The notes below the pieces were generated by a model. That model had not been told where the DNA came from. It made no database searches and was given only the letters and a program-made list of their open reading frames with translations. Both the position numbers and the translations under genes were made by a program. A DNA stretch of 33,898 nt from Candidatus Micrarchaeota archaeon (GTDB taxonomy: Archaea; Micrarchaeota; Micrarchaeia; Anstonellales; Bilamarchaeaceae). Position 1 is the stretch's first letter, and every line of letters begins with the position of its first letter. Below are positions 10,144-19,683 of the stretch, piece after piece. Location of the stretch: contig JBDRPL010000018.1 of assembly GCA_043827025.1 (NCBI GenBank), positions 1 to 33,898 of the forward strand, in the 5' to 3' direction.

Positions 10144-11757
10144 TCATTCTTTTGCACAAGCCTTCATGAATGCCAAAAACAAAGGAGATGGCCTTTCTAG
10201 TCTTGAAACGAATTCTGGATGGAACTGCCCTCCCATGAAGAAAGGGTGATCTTTAATTTCAGTAATCTGCATTATGTTTCCTTTCGGTGCTTTGCCTGAG
10301 AACACCAGCCCTGCATTTTCCAGCTTTTTTATGTATTCTGGATTTATTTCGTATCTGTGCCTGAACCTTTCCCTTGCAATTTCTGAATTGTAAATTTTGT
10401 GAGCATGTGTTCCAGGTTTAATTATGACGTCTTGCCCTCCGAGTCTGAGGGTTCCGCCCATCTCAAGCATTGATTCTTTTTCAGGAAGTATCTTGACAAC
10501 AGGGTTTTCTGTTTCGGGTTCGAATTCAGTTGAATTCGCATTCTTGAAACCGCAGACATTTCTTGCATATTCAATTACCATAAGTTGCATTCCAAGACAC
10601 AGGCCAAGATATGGCATCTTGTTTTTCCTTGAATACTCAACAGCTCTTATTTTTCCTTCAACACCTCTTTTTCCGAATCCTCCCGGAACAACCAATCCAT
10701 CCAGAGGCTTCAATATCTTTTCAACGTCTTTTTCTTCCAGGTCAGCTGACTCTATGAAATGTATATTCAATTTGTGATCAATTGCAGCTGCTGCATGCGT
10801 CAAAGCCTCATTCGCGCTGACATATGCATCTTTGACAGCGGTGTATTTTCCGATCATTCCTATGTTCAGTTCTTTCTTTGAGGGTCCTGTTATTTTTTGC
10901 ACGAGCTTTTTCCATGCCTCTATCCCTCCTCTTCTTTTTTCCAATCCCAGTTTTTCCACGATTATGTTGTATAAATTTTGCTTCTCAAGAGCAAGCGGAA
11001 GCTCGTAGACTGTTCTTACGAACGGGTCATCAATAACTGCCTTTTCAGGAATGCTGCAGTACAATGCTATTTTTTTCTTAGTGTCTTCAGTTATTTTTTC
11101 CTGTTCTCGGCATATGATCATGTCTGGCTGAATGCCAAGACTCTGGAGGAGGCGGGTTGCATGTTGCGTTGGCTTTGTTTTCTGCTCGCCTTCTGACAGG
11201 CTTGGAACGTATGTCAGTTGGATGAACATTCCTTTTTCTTCTGTCAACAGCTGTCGCATTGCTTCCAAGAAATAGCCATTTTCAAGGTCTCCTGCAGTTC
11301 CACCAACTTCGACAAGGATTATGTCTGCTTTGCTTTCTTTTCCTACTTTTCTCACCCATTCCTTGATTTCATCAGTTAAATGAGGGATGAATTGCACATC
11401 TCTTCCAAGATAATCTCCTTTTCTTTCCTTTTGAATTATCCTCTGGAATAATTTTCCTCCAGTTATGCTGCATATCCCAGGAAGGTCTATGTTGAGGAAT
11501 CTTTCATAAGTGCCGAAGTCCATGTCAACTTCTGTTCCATCATCCAAAACAAAGACTTCACCGTGCCTATAGGGGTTCATGGTTCCACAATCTACATTGA
11601 GGTAACCATCGAATTTAATAGGTATCACAGAATAGCCTGTTGAGCTAAGGAGTTTTCCGATGGAAGAAGAGAGTATTCCCTTACCAAGACCGGACATGAT
11701 TGATCCAGCCACTACTATGAATTTAGGTTTTTTAGTCATAAGGAATATTACGTACAA
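10144..11757 (-). CDS. pyrG: CTP synthase
   Basis: MSGLGKG, YLNVDCGTMNPYRHGEVFV, KTKPTQH, LGLCLGMQ, ERFRHRYE, QFHPEF. Confidence 0.98.
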   Translation of the reverse strand: MYVIFLMTKKPKFIVVAGSIMSGLGKGILSSSIGKLLSSTGYSVIPIKFDGYLNVDCGTMNPYRHGEVFVLDDGTEVDMDFGTYERFLNIDLPGICSITGGKLFQRIIQKERKGDYLGRDVQFIPHLTDEIKEWVRKVGKESKADIILVEVGGTAGDLENGYFLEAMRQLLTEEKGMFIQLTYVPSLSEGEQKTKPTQHATRLLQSLGIQPDMIICREQEKITEDTKKKIALYCSIPEKAVIDDPFVRTVYELPLALEKQNLYNIIVEKLGLEKRRGGIEAWKKLVQKITGPSKKELNIGMIGKYTAVKDAYVSANEALTHAAAAIDHKLNIHFIESADLEEKDVEKILKPLDGLVVPGGFGKRGVEGKIRAVEYSRKNKMPYLGLCLGMQLMVIEYARNVCGFKNANSTEFEPETENPVVKILPEKESMLEMGGTLRLGGQDVIIKPGTHAHKIYNSEIARERFRHRYEINPEYIKKLENAGLVFSGKAPKGNIMQITEIKDHPFFMGGQFHPEFVSRLERPSPLFLAFMKACAKE

Positions 11758-11831
11758 AAAAACATTATAAAAAACCTGCGGTTGATCTGCAGTTCGGAAC
11801 GATTAAAAAATAATCTCTGCAATATCCTGAA

Positions 11832-13358
11832 ATGCTTATTGACATTGGTTTTGATACAAAGAAGTACGTGGAGGAACAGGCGAGATTCATCATTGAAAGA
11901 GCTGCTAAGTTTGACAAGAAGCTCTATCTTGAATTCGGTGGCAAACTGCTTTTCGATTTCCATGCAATGCGCGTCCTTCCTGGATATGAGCCGAATGCCA
12001 AGATGGAAATCCTTTTGAAACTCAAGAAACAGCTTGAAATAGTTTTCTGTGTCAGCGCAAAAGATATTCAGGAAGGCAGGATTGCAGGTACTTTTGGAAT
12101 AACCTATCGTGATTTCACCTTGAAATGCATTGACGATCTGAAGGGGCTTGGCCTTGAGGTTTCAACAGTTGTGATAAATCTTTTTTCTGGCGAACCTTCT
12201 GCAAAACAGCTTGGTGATCATCTTAAGTCAAAGGGCTTCAAGGTTTATTTCAGGAAAATGATTTCAGGTTATCCGAATGATACTGAAAAAATAGCGAGTG
12301 AGGAAGGTTTTGGAGCAAAGCCTTATTTTGAAACTGAAAAGCCAATTGTGATTGTTACTGGTGCAGGTCCTGGTTCAGGTAAGATGGCAACCTGCCTTGC
12401 AATGGTTTATCAAGATACTATTCGTGGCAAGGACTCAGGCTATGCCAAATTCGAGACATTTCCGATCTGGAACCTTTCATTGAAGCATCCGGTAAATGTT
12501 GCCTATGAGGCTGCAACTGCCAATATAAGCGATTACAATATGGTTGACCCTTACCATCTCAAGGCATACGGCAAGGAATCAATAAATTACAATAGAGATG
12601 TTGAGAACTTTGCCATAATCCAGAAAATACTCCAGGCAATAATCAGCAAGGATAATCACATGCACACCTATAAATCTCCGACAGATATGGGGGTGAATAT
12701 GGCCAAATTGGGCATAGTAAATGAAGCTTTATGTGCTGAAGCATCAAAACAGGAGATTGTTTGCAGGTATTTCAAGTACAAAGCAGATTTCATTCGTGGA
12801 ATAGAGAAGAAGAATACTCTTGATTTGATGGAAAAGATAATGGCTGAAGTCAATTTGGGTGAAACCTATAGGAAGCCTGTTCTTTTTGCAAGGGAATCTG
12901 CAAAAGAGGCTGAGGCAAAAGGAAAGGGCCATGACTCTGTTTTCTGCGGTTCAGCAATCCAATTGGCAGATGGAAGGGTTGTGAGTGGAAAGAACAGCCC
13001 ATTATTTCATTCTGAATCAGCAATGCTGTTGAATGCATTGAAGGTGCTTGGGGACATTCCAGACGAAGCACCATTGATTTCGAAGGAAGTCATTGATGAA
13101 ATCAAGAACATGAAAAAGACAATGCTTTCGGAAAAGTCGGCAAACCTTAGTCTTGAAGAGACCTTGATGGCATTGGCGATAAGCGCTGCAAAGGACAAGG
13201 TTGCAAAGCATGCACTTGAACAGCTGAAGAAGTTGAAAGGAACAGAAATGCATTCGACTTGCATGTTAGACAGAAGGGATGAAGGACCTTTGAGAAAGTT
13301 AGGTGTCAATACAACTACAGATGGATTGGTTCCGATTACTAAACTTTATTTGGATTGA
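11832..13358 (+). CDS. DUF1846 (UPF0371) family P-loop protein
   Basis: KLYLEFGGKL, GPGSGKMATCL, GYAKFETFPIWNL, HPVNVAYEAAT, YKSPTDMGVN. Confidence 0.92.
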   Translation: MLIDIGFDTKKYVEEQARFIIERAAKFDKKLYLEFGGKLLFDFHAMRVLPGYEPNAKMEILLKLKKQLEIVFCVSAKDIQEGRIAGTFGITYRDFTLKCIDDLKGLGLEVSTVVINLFSGEPSAKQLGDHLKSKGFKVYFRKMISGYPNDTEKIASEEGFGAKPYFETEKPIVIVTGAGPGSGKMATCLAMVYQDTIRGKDSGYAKFETFPIWNLSLKHPVNVAYEAATANISDYNMVDPYHLKAYGKESINYNRDVENFAIIQKILQAIISKDNHMHTYKSPTDMGVNMAKLGIVNEALCAEASKQEIVCRYFKYKADFIRGIEKKNTLDLMEKIMAEVNLGETYRKPVLFARESAKEAEAKGKGHDSVFCGSAIQLADGRVVSGKNSPLFHSESAMLLNALKVLGDIPDEAPLISKEVIDEIKNMKKTMLSEKSANLSLEETLMALAISAAKDKVAKHALEQLKKLKGTEMHSTCMLDRRDEGPLRKLGVNTTTDGLVPITKLYLD

Positions 13359-13401
13359 ATCAATCAGTATCTTTTTTAATTGTAATATAAAAAAGCATGA
13401 C

Positions 13402-14091
13402 CTAAATCTTATTCAGCGCCTCTTTTATTTTGTCTATTCCCAATTTTGTTATAATGAGCGGAATCCTTTCCTTTTCTGAGATCTTGTATGCTAGTTTGTC
13501 CAGCTTCTCGATTTCGAGGCCGTGCATCACAACTGCAGATGGCCTTGAAGGGCTGACTCTTAAAACAACCATAGGGCTTCTGCCTGTGGAAACTCCTGTA
13601 AAGATAAACACTCTTTCATTTATGTTTCCGTAAAGGTTCTGAAAATAGGTAAAAGGCATCTCAAGAATCACTTTCATGCTGTCAATAAGTGTATATCCAT
13701 ATATTTTCTTAGTCTCAAGAAGGTCTGCATTTGAAATTGCCTGGCCTTTTATCAGGTTGACAAAATCAAGCAGTGTAATGCCTCTTGCGAATTCGTGGAC
13801 TTCAAAATATTCGTTTGTTGGCTTTTGGCTGCCTGTTAATTTCTGTGAAATAGTGCCTCCTTTTGCAACATCTATGTTAAACAATGCCATGACGAACCTT
13901 TTGATAACATGGCTTCCAGGCGACTTTCTTCTATTGCCTTCGTAATCGCTGATCGTAGATACAGTGATGGACAAATGACGGGCTAATTCAACCTGGCTTA
14001 TGCCGAAGATCTCTCTCCATTTGCGCATGGTTGCTCCTGGGTCTTCAGAAAAGGCAATTTCACCGGCTATTTCCATTTTGATCTTATCCAT
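13402..14091 (-). CDS. XRE-family HTH transcriptional regulator (archaeal COG1709-like)
   Basis: IAGEI...PGATMRKWREIF, ISDYEGNRRKSPG, FTGVSTGRSPMV. Confidence 0.9.
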   Translation of the reverse strand: MDKIKMEIAGEIAFSEDPGATMRKWREIFGISQVELARHLSITVSTISDYEGNRRKSPGSHVIKRFVMALFNIDVAKGGTISQKLTGSQKPTNEYFEVHEFARGITLLDFVNLIKGQAISNADLLETKKIYGYTLIDSMKVILEMPFTYFQNLYGNINERVFIFTGVSTGRSPMVVLRVSPSRPSAVVMHGLEIEKLDKLAYKISEKERIPLIITKLGIDKIKEALNKI

Positions 14092-14172
14092 GCTTTACAC
14101 CTGCAAAATGGAGAGACTTGAACCGCAGTTCAAGCGGATTTCCATTTTGATTTTATCCATCGTTTACACCTG
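14069..14172 (-). repeat. 35-bp direct repeat of the regulator's RBS and start codons, with an intervening hairpin
   Basis: 14069-14103 vs 14138-14172, 32/35 identical; hairpin CTTGAAC-N4-GTTCAAG between the copies. Confidence 0.9.
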
Positions 14173-14262
14173 TTTCAAAACGAGTTCTTCGTCCTTAATT
14201 AGTTATAATTCAGACAACTGTTTAAATAGGTTTCGTCAATCCCCGAAATGCAGGACGACACA

Positions 14263-15021
14263 TTATCCTTGCTTTGCAAGATATTCAACAGCATTCCTGA
14301 ATATCGAGAGCCCATGCGCTTTCTTTAGTCCAAAGATCCAGCTTGGGCAATTCTCTACGAAGCAAAATGATTCAGGATGAGGCATCATTCCAAAGACATG
14401 CCCTGTTTTATCACAGAGTCCTGCTATGTTTTCAACAGAACCGCTTGCATGTGGAGTATCATTGCCATTTGCATCCACGTATTGCATCACATTCAGGTCA
14501 TTCTGTATTATATCATTCAGGTTTTTGCCATTGCAATGGAATCTGCTGCTATGGTTCCTAATAGGCAATGTGATGCATTCAATTCCTTTTGTGAAAATAC
14601 AAGGCGATCTTTTATTTATCTTAAACAGCGCCCAGTTGTTTATGTAGATGCCATTCTTATTCTGCATCATGGTTGCCTTCTGTTCAAGGTCTGTTGAAGG
14701 AAGCAGTCCCATCTTAACAAGTGCCTGAAATCCATTGGCTATCCCTAACACCAGATTCTTTCTTTTTATGAATTCTACCAATTCATTTCCAATCTTGGAT
14801 TTGAGTTTGTTTGCAAGTATTTTTCCTGCGCCCATGTGGTCCCCGAATGAAGAACCTCCAGGTATTATAAGAAGGTTGAAGTCACCAAGCTGGCTCTTCT
14901 GAGCTATGAGTTCATTTATGTGGACTATTTTTGCATTTCCACCTACAGTTTCAATTGCATACTTTGTTTCATGTTCTGTGTTTAGGCCATAGCCGGAAAG
15001 TATGATTGCTTTTGTTTCCAT
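14263..15021 (-). CDS. purQ: Phosphoribosylformylglycinamidine synthase PurQ-like protein (catalytic Cys replaced by Ala)
   Basis: IIPGGSSFGD, LGIANGFQ, GSVENIAG, GMMPHPE. Start placed at METK (15021) behind a GGTG RBS. Confidence 0.88.
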   Translation of the reverse strand: METKAIILSGYGLNTEHETKYAIETVGGNAKIVHINELIAQKSQLGDFNLLIIPGGSSFGDHMGAGKILANKLKSKIGNELVEFIKRKNLVLGIANGFQALVKMGLLPSTDLEQKATMMQNKNGIYINNWALFKINKRSPCIFTKGIECITLPIRNHSSRFHCNGKNLNDIIQNDLNVMQYVDANGNDTPHASGSVENIAGLCDKTGHVFGMMPHPESFCFVENCPSWIFGLKKAHGLSIFRNAVEYLAKQG

Positions 15022-15029
15022 TTTCACAC

Positions 15030-15305
15030 CTAGTACTCTATCTCGACATTTCCTTTCATTATTTGAATTTGGCATGCAAGTCGACTTCCATTAGGAAGAC
15101 CTAATTTGTTTATTGTCAGCTCTTCCTTCTGCGTTTTCTTGTTGACATTCTGCTCTCCTTTTATTATGGAGCAGATGCATGTGCCGCAATTTCCACGTTG
15201 GCATCCGAACAGCATGGCGGTTTCACCATTTGCGTAATCCTTTAGGAATCCTCCATCAGGAATCTCGAATTCGACATTGTCATTCCTTATCTTTACCGTT
15301 GCCAT
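15030..15305 (-). CDS. [2Fe-2S] ferredoxin
   Basis: FGCQRGNCGTC...RLACQ. Start placed at MATVK (15305). Confidence 0.92.
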   Translation of the reverse strand: MATVKIRNDNVEFEIPDGGFLKDYANGETAMLFGCQRGNCGTCICSIIKGEQNVNKKTQKEELTINKLGLPNGSRLACQIQIMKGNVEIEY

Positions 15306-15972
15306 TTGCTTCCACCTTTTTATCTTGTCCGCTTGCTTCAGGTTCAAACAGTTTTGTTTGCTTTATTGTCTCAAGTGTCTTCCACCTGTGTCTTATATGC
15401 TCTTTTAATTCCTTGAAATTGCGTCTTAGTGCTTCTCTTGTTTTTTCATCTGAAGGATATCCTGATCCGAAATTCACCTGGGTCTGCTGTTTTATCTCTT
15501 CTATTTTCCTGTCTCGGATTACCTTTGCACATATTGATGCTGCTGCGACTATTGGATAGTTCTCATCTGCCTTGTGTTGCGCCTGGAATTTTGTTACCCC
15601 GAAACGTTCCATCCTTTCCTTGAATGTCCAGGAATACCTGTCAGGAAGGTCTATCATTATGTCTCCAGTAAGGTTCTTCAGCAGAAGCGCCATTTTCTTT
15701 GCTTCTATGTCATTCAGGCTCATTGTTGCCATCATTTGATTAAGTTCAGTTGCAGGTATCTCGCATACCTTGAATCTGCAGAATTTTTTGAGTTCATTGT
15801 AAGTGGCTTCTCTTTGCTGAGCTGTAAGTTGTTTGGAATCTTTTTTGCCCAATGCATTTAGCAATTTTTCATCTTCGCGTGAGCATATTGCACAAGATAT
15901 GATCATGTGGCCGATGACACTGCCTCTTCCAGCCTCATCAATGCCTATAAGAACACTACCCAAAAAATTCAC
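15280..15972 (-). CDS. rnhB: Ribonuclease HII
   Basis: GIDEAGRG, KDSKQL, HKAD, VAAASICAKV, FGSGYPSD. Confidence 0.97.
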   Translation of the reverse strand: MNFLGSVLIGIDEAGRGSVIGHMIISCAICSREDEKLLNALGKKDSKQLTAQQREATYNELKKFCRFKVCEIPATELNQMMATMSLNDIEAKKMALLLKNLTGDIMIDLPDRYSWTFKERMERFGVTKFQAQHKADENYPIVAAASICAKVIRDRKIEEIKQQTQVNFGSGYPSDEKTREALRRNFKELKEHIRHRWKTLETIKQTKLFEPEASGQDKKVEANGNGKDKE

Positions 15973-16062
15973 CTAACATATATTATGCCTAAAATTTTAT
16001 AATCCTAAGAGTAAGGCAATTATTTGTATAGAATAAGAAATATAAAGTATTAAAAGAAAAGA

Positions 16063-16320
16063 CTAGTAGATGAGGTTTCTTTTTTCTACGATGATGTAAT
16101 CGCTGACTGCAAGAACGCTTTCATACGGAACAACGACCATGCCATCCTCTTTCCTCATTTTTTCTGCAAGCATGCTGTCAGGGTTTGGTTCGACTACAAG
16201 CATTTCTATTTTGCCAGTTACCTCGTTTACATTGATGTCCACCATGCGCCCAAATTCTTCCCCTTCATTAGTAATTATCTTTTTGCCAGAAAGTTGCCTT
16301 GCAATAATGTATTTTGCCAT
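16063..16320 (-). CDS. PRC-barrel domain protein (possibly CdpB-like cell division factor)
   Basis: LSGKKIITNEGEEFGRMVDI...VPYESVLAVSDYIIV. Confidence 0.88.
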   Translation of the reverse strand: MAKYIIARQLSGKKIITNEGEEFGRMVDINVNEVTGKIEMLVVEPNPDSMLAEKMRKEDGMVVVPYESVLAVSDYIIVEKRNLIY

Positions 16321-16426
16321 TCAATCACCAAAATTTGTTTCGAATACTAGTTTGTGGTCTAAAGTTTTTAAACCTATTTGAATTCTGCTTAAACAAATTT
16401 TTAAATTGCTTGTGTGTATTCATTGC

Positions 16427-16906
16427 ATGGAATTTTTAAGTCTCTCGTGGGAACAGATGGAAAAGTTGTGTGAGAATATTGCAAATAAAGTGAAAAAATA
16501 CGAGCCAGACATTCTTATTGGGGTATCGCGAGGAGGCCTTGTACCTGTCAGGATACTTTCAGATGTTCTTGACAACAGGAATGTGGCAATAATCAAGATA
16601 GAATTCTACAAAACAATAAATGAAACGCATGGTTTTCCCAAGGTGACGCAGCCTTTGGCATTGGATGTGAAGGGGAAGAAAGTGCTTGTTGTTGACGATG
16701 TTTCCGATACTGGACGCAGTTTGGCAGTTGCAAAAGATTATTTGGCTCGTCATGGTGCCAAGGAGATCAGGTTTGCAACGCTTCATTATAAACCTAAATC
16801 TATTTTCAAGCCAGATTACTTCATTGATACGACAGACAAGTGGATCGTTTATCCATGGGAAGTCAGGGAGACAGAAAGGGAGTTGAAGAAAAAGAAGAAG
16901 GAGTAG
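16427..16906 (+). CDS. Purine phosphoribosyltransferase (type I PRT)
   Basis: GVSRGG, PRPP loop VLVVDDVSDTGRS, WIVYPWE. Start placed at MEFLS. Confidence 0.92.
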   Translation: MEFLSLSWEQMEKLCENIANKVKKYEPDILIGVSRGGLVPVRILSDVLDNRNVAIIKIEFYKTINETHGFPKVTQPLALDVKGKKVLVVDDVSDTGRSLAVAKDYLARHGAKEIRFATLHYKPKSIFKPDYFIDTTDKWIVYPWEVRETERELKKKKKE

Positions 16907-16919
16907 GTTTAGTGATGCT

Positions 16920-17090
16920 ATGAAGTTTTCAATTGGCAAAATACTCATGATTGTAGGGGTTGCATTGATAATTTACAGTTTCATAACCTCGCCATTTAAT
17001 ATCTACCTAGATGTCATCGCATTTTTTCTGATACTTGGAGGTGTGATGACTTTCAAGAAAAGTTTGGATTCGAAAAAAGATGAGAAATAG
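16920..17090 (+). CDS. Small two-TM membrane protein (56 aa)
   Basis: Below the track cutoff. Manual translation MKFSIGKILMIVGVALIIYSFITSPFNIYLDVIAFFLILGGVMTFKKSLDSKKDEK, preceded by a GTGA RBS-like motif. Confidence 0.7.
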   Translation: MKFSIGKILMIVGVALIIYSFITSPFNIYLDVIAFFLILGGVMTFKKSLDSKKDEK

Positions 17091-17105
17091 AAATTTTATG
17101 AATGA

Positions 17106-17122
17106 AAATTGGGCCCGCCGAG
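17106..17122 (-). repeat. att-like duplicate of the tRNA-Ile 3' end
   Basis: AAATTGGGCCCGCCGAG identical to 19940-19956 (tRNA positions 61-73 plus 4 nt of trailer). Confidence 0.88.
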
Positions 17123-17124
17123 CA

Positions 17125-17202
17125 GAGAAGTTGCGGGTCCAGAGTTCAGAGTCCTGGGTTTAACGTCTTGAGTTTCGTGGTTTTCTGTTCCGAGTTCAGC
17201 GT
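17125..17202 (-). repeat. Degenerate heptamer tandem repeat (AC-N5 units on the minus strand)
   Basis: Plus strand gagaagt tgcgggt ccagagt tcagagt cctgggt ttaacgt cttgagt ttcgtggt tttctgt tccgagt tcagcgt. Confidence 0.8.
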
Positions 17203-17241
17203 TTTTTAGATGCTGCTTTCCGAACTTGTTTTTGTTCAAAC

Positions 17242-18627
17242 TCATACGATTTCACCTTTTTTGTTTCTTAGAATATAATATACGCCCCTATATCTCCCAA
17301 TTTTTTCTAAATAACCAAATTTGAGCATCTCATTTATTTCAGCCACTGCAGTTCCAAAGGAAATCTTATTCAGTTTCATGTACATTTTTGTCTTTATTGA
17401 TTTGTTTTTCTGGAGGAATTCAATGCTTCGTATCTGCCTTTCATTCAAATCAGCATATGATTGTATTGCCTTAAGTTTGCCTTTTTTATTTCGCAAGATT
17501 ACTCTAAAGAATAGTTCATAAATGCCAAATTCCGGATCCTGTAATCCGTATTCTCTCATGCCATTAATCATGCGTGGCACTCCTGATCCCAATCCTTCTA
17601 CATAACCATAATCTCTCAATAGCCTATATGTTATTGGGTTCCTTCTTACAGATATTGTTCCAAAAAGTTCCTTTGTTAATCCTTGAGGTAAAGAACCAGG
17701 GTTTGTTATTTCTATCCTGTCATCAAAAAGATATATCTGGATAGAATCTTTGCTGAAATAATCCCTGTGAGCAACTGCATTTACTATCGCTTCTCGGACT
17801 ACCTCTATGGGATATTGATATTTTTCTTCTCTTTTAGCATCACCCTTAATCTCTATGCTTCTTGGCAGATTGGACTTTATGAAGGCCAGCGACCTTTCTA
17901 TGGATTCAATTAAATCTGCCTGAACGAGTTCATGTGAGACAATTTTTACCGGTTCAATTCCTTCAAATCTCACAAGTTTGATTTCTATTTGTGGATACAA
18001 CATAACTGGATTTTTAGCAAAGAACAGGAGTGTTGCATTTTTTATCCTAAGTTCTCCATCTTTTGTAGCAAGTTGCATGCTTACCAGGAAGTCTTCCAAG
18101 GAATGCACATCCAGAAACTCCTGCTGTCTTCTGATCTTCAGATATTGCCTTACCTTTTCAATATCTATCTCCTCAATTGTTCTGCTGTTGGGGGTTTCGT
18201 CAAAACATAGGATCTGTTTTGCCCTGAGAAAATCAACCATCTGGTTTCCTTCTATTTTTTTCAGCGTGCTGCCAACCTTAACATATATGACTCCTTGAAA
18301 AGTATGGAACGTATTATCTATCGCTTTTTGTATAGTTACAGCGATAATATCCTTGCCGTCAACTTGAACTACTTCTACTGTTGGTATAACCGGAGAGGAG
18401 ACAGCCTGTGCAGATGCTGAAATTTTTTGTTGGACGGCATCAACGTCTTCTTGGATGCCAATAATTGTTTTTACGGAATTTACGCCAACAAGGATTACTC
18501 CTCCGTAGGTATTGGCCAGTGCGCACATGATTTTTGAAAACTCCTGAGAACTGTGAAATGATTGCTTGAGTTCAACTTCCTGGGATTCGCCACTTTCGAT
18601 TATTCTCATCAATCTTTCCTTTTCCAT
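17242..18627 (-). CDS. AlbA_2 (Schlafen-like) + HATPase_c_4 + C-terminal HTH protein
   Basis: GESQEVELK, CALANTYGGVILVGV; REAIVNAVAHRDY, IEITNPG, RRNP, YVEGLGSG; C-terminal winged-HTH-like region. Confidence 0.92.
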   Translation of the reverse strand: MEKERLMRIIESGESQEVELKQSFHSSQEFSKIMCALANTYGGVILVGVNSVKTIIGIQEDVDAVQQKISASAQAVSSPVIPTVEVVQVDGKDIIAVTIQKAIDNTFHTFQGVIYVKVGSTLKKIEGNQMVDFLRAKQILCFDETPNSRTIEEIDIEKVRQYLKIRRQQEFLDVHSLEDFLVSMQLATKDGELRIKNATLLFFAKNPVMLYPQIEIKLVRFEGIEPVKIVSHELVQADLIESIERSLAFIKSNLPRSIEIKGDAKREEKYQYPIEVVREAIVNAVAHRDYFSKDSIQIYLFDDRIEITNPGSLPQGLTKELFGTISVRRNPITYRLLRDYGYVEGLGSGVPRMINGMREYGLQDPEFGIYELFFRVILRNKKGKLKAIQSYADLNERQIRSIEFLQKNKSIKTKMYMKLNKISFGTAVAEINEMLKFGYLEKIGRYRGVYYILRNKKGEIV

Positions 18628-18635
18628 ATTATCAC

Positions 18636-18729
18636 TTTACTATCAATTTACACTAATAGTAATTGATAGTATTTATAAACTTTCCTCCTGTGCCTGGCAA
18701 AATATTCATGAGTTTTACTATCAATTTAC
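18636..18729. promoter_or_regulatory. Putative operator: inverted repeat plus third half-site around a TATA box
   Basis: TACTATCAATT (18638-18648) N12 AATTGATAGTA (18661-18671), TTTATAAA at 18672-18679, and TTTACTATCAATTTAC repeated at 18636-18651 and 18714-18729. Confidence 0.65.
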
Positions 18730-18905
18730 TGTATACTTTACTGTATATTTTCGAGATATACAGTTAGTATATACTTATTTTACGTTTTATTTTTTTATAA
18801 TACTTGAATAAACTCAAAACAATCTTAAGGTGGAGCGAGGGCTGGGTGAGGGGATACCTACGGATTTAAATCTCTTAAAGATCAGATCATGAAGTTGATA
18901 GTTTT

Positions 18906-19679
18906 ATGGATATTGGCATGTATGACAAGAAATTAGTCTGTAATTACAAAAGCAAATCACAGATTGCAAGAGTTCTCACGGAAAATTGGTTCTTGCGACA
19001 AATGTATTGTCCTAATTGTCTGGCTTCTCCAGTGAACAAAGAAAAAGATAATTCTAAAGTTGTTGATTTTTCCTGTTTTTACTGCAGACGTTTCTTTCAA
19101 CTTAAAGGCCAGAATAAGAAATTTGGTCTAAAAATGAATGATGGAGCATACTCTCCAATGATTGAACGAATTGAAGCAGGTAAGTCTCCAGATTTTTTCT
19201 TTATGGAATATACTCCGGAGGAATATGTCGTTAAGAATCTTTTGTTAGTCCCATCTTTTTTTGTGACTTCTTCTGTAATTGAGAAAAGAACTCCTTTGTC
19301 AAAGCATGCCGTAAGGGCAGGATGGACTGGTTGTAATATTTTGCTTTCCAAGCTTCCGGAAGAAGGAAAAATAACTGTAATAAAGAACGAAAGAGAAATA
19401 GAAAAGGAAGAAGTAAAACGAGTTTATCATAAGTTGATTTTCTTAGAAGCAGAGAAACCTACTCAGAGAAGTTGGATTACAGATGTCTTAAGATGTGTTC
19501 AAAACTTGGACAAAGAAAACTTTGTACTTGATGAAGTTTACTGTTTTGAAAATGAACTGAAGCAGTTATATCCAAATAATCTGCACATTAAGGATAAAAT
19601 ACGTCAGCAGTTGCAGATTCTAAGAGATAAAGGAATTTTGGAGTTTGAAGGACAAGGAAAATATAAACTTAGAAGGTGA
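18906..19679 (+). CDS. DpnI-family (Dam-replacing) methyl-directed restriction endonuclease
   Basis: YKSKSQIARVLTE, YCPNC, DFxCxxC, FQLK, DGAY, RAGWTGCNI, and C-terminal wH motif KDKIRQQLQILRD. Confidence 0.93.
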   Translation: MDIGMYDKKLVCNYKSKSQIARVLTENWFLRQMYCPNCLASPVNKEKDNSKVVDFSCFYCRRFFQLKGQNKKFGLKMNDGAYSPMIERIEAGKSPDFFFMEYTPEEYVVKNLLLVPSFFVTSSVIEKRTPLSKHAVRAGWTGCNILLSKLPEEGKITVIKNEREIEKEEVKRVYHKLIFLEAEKPTQRSWITDVLRCVQNLDKENFVLDEVYCFENELKQLYPNNLHIKDKIRQQLQILRDKGILEFEGQGKYKLRR

Positions 19680-19683
19680 TTTT

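Noticed and set aside
14104..14148. BHB intron in the regulator leader
   Set aside because: The internal loop is 6x4 nt with no 4-bp helix between two 3-nt bulges.
17106..17240. Second tRNA or split-tRNA 3' half
   Set aside because: Only 13 tRNA bases are present; no other arms or complementary leader were found.
18828..18853. G-rich GGAGCGAGGGCTGGGTGAGGG as a REP remnant
   Set aside because: Single copy with no partner arm in the window.
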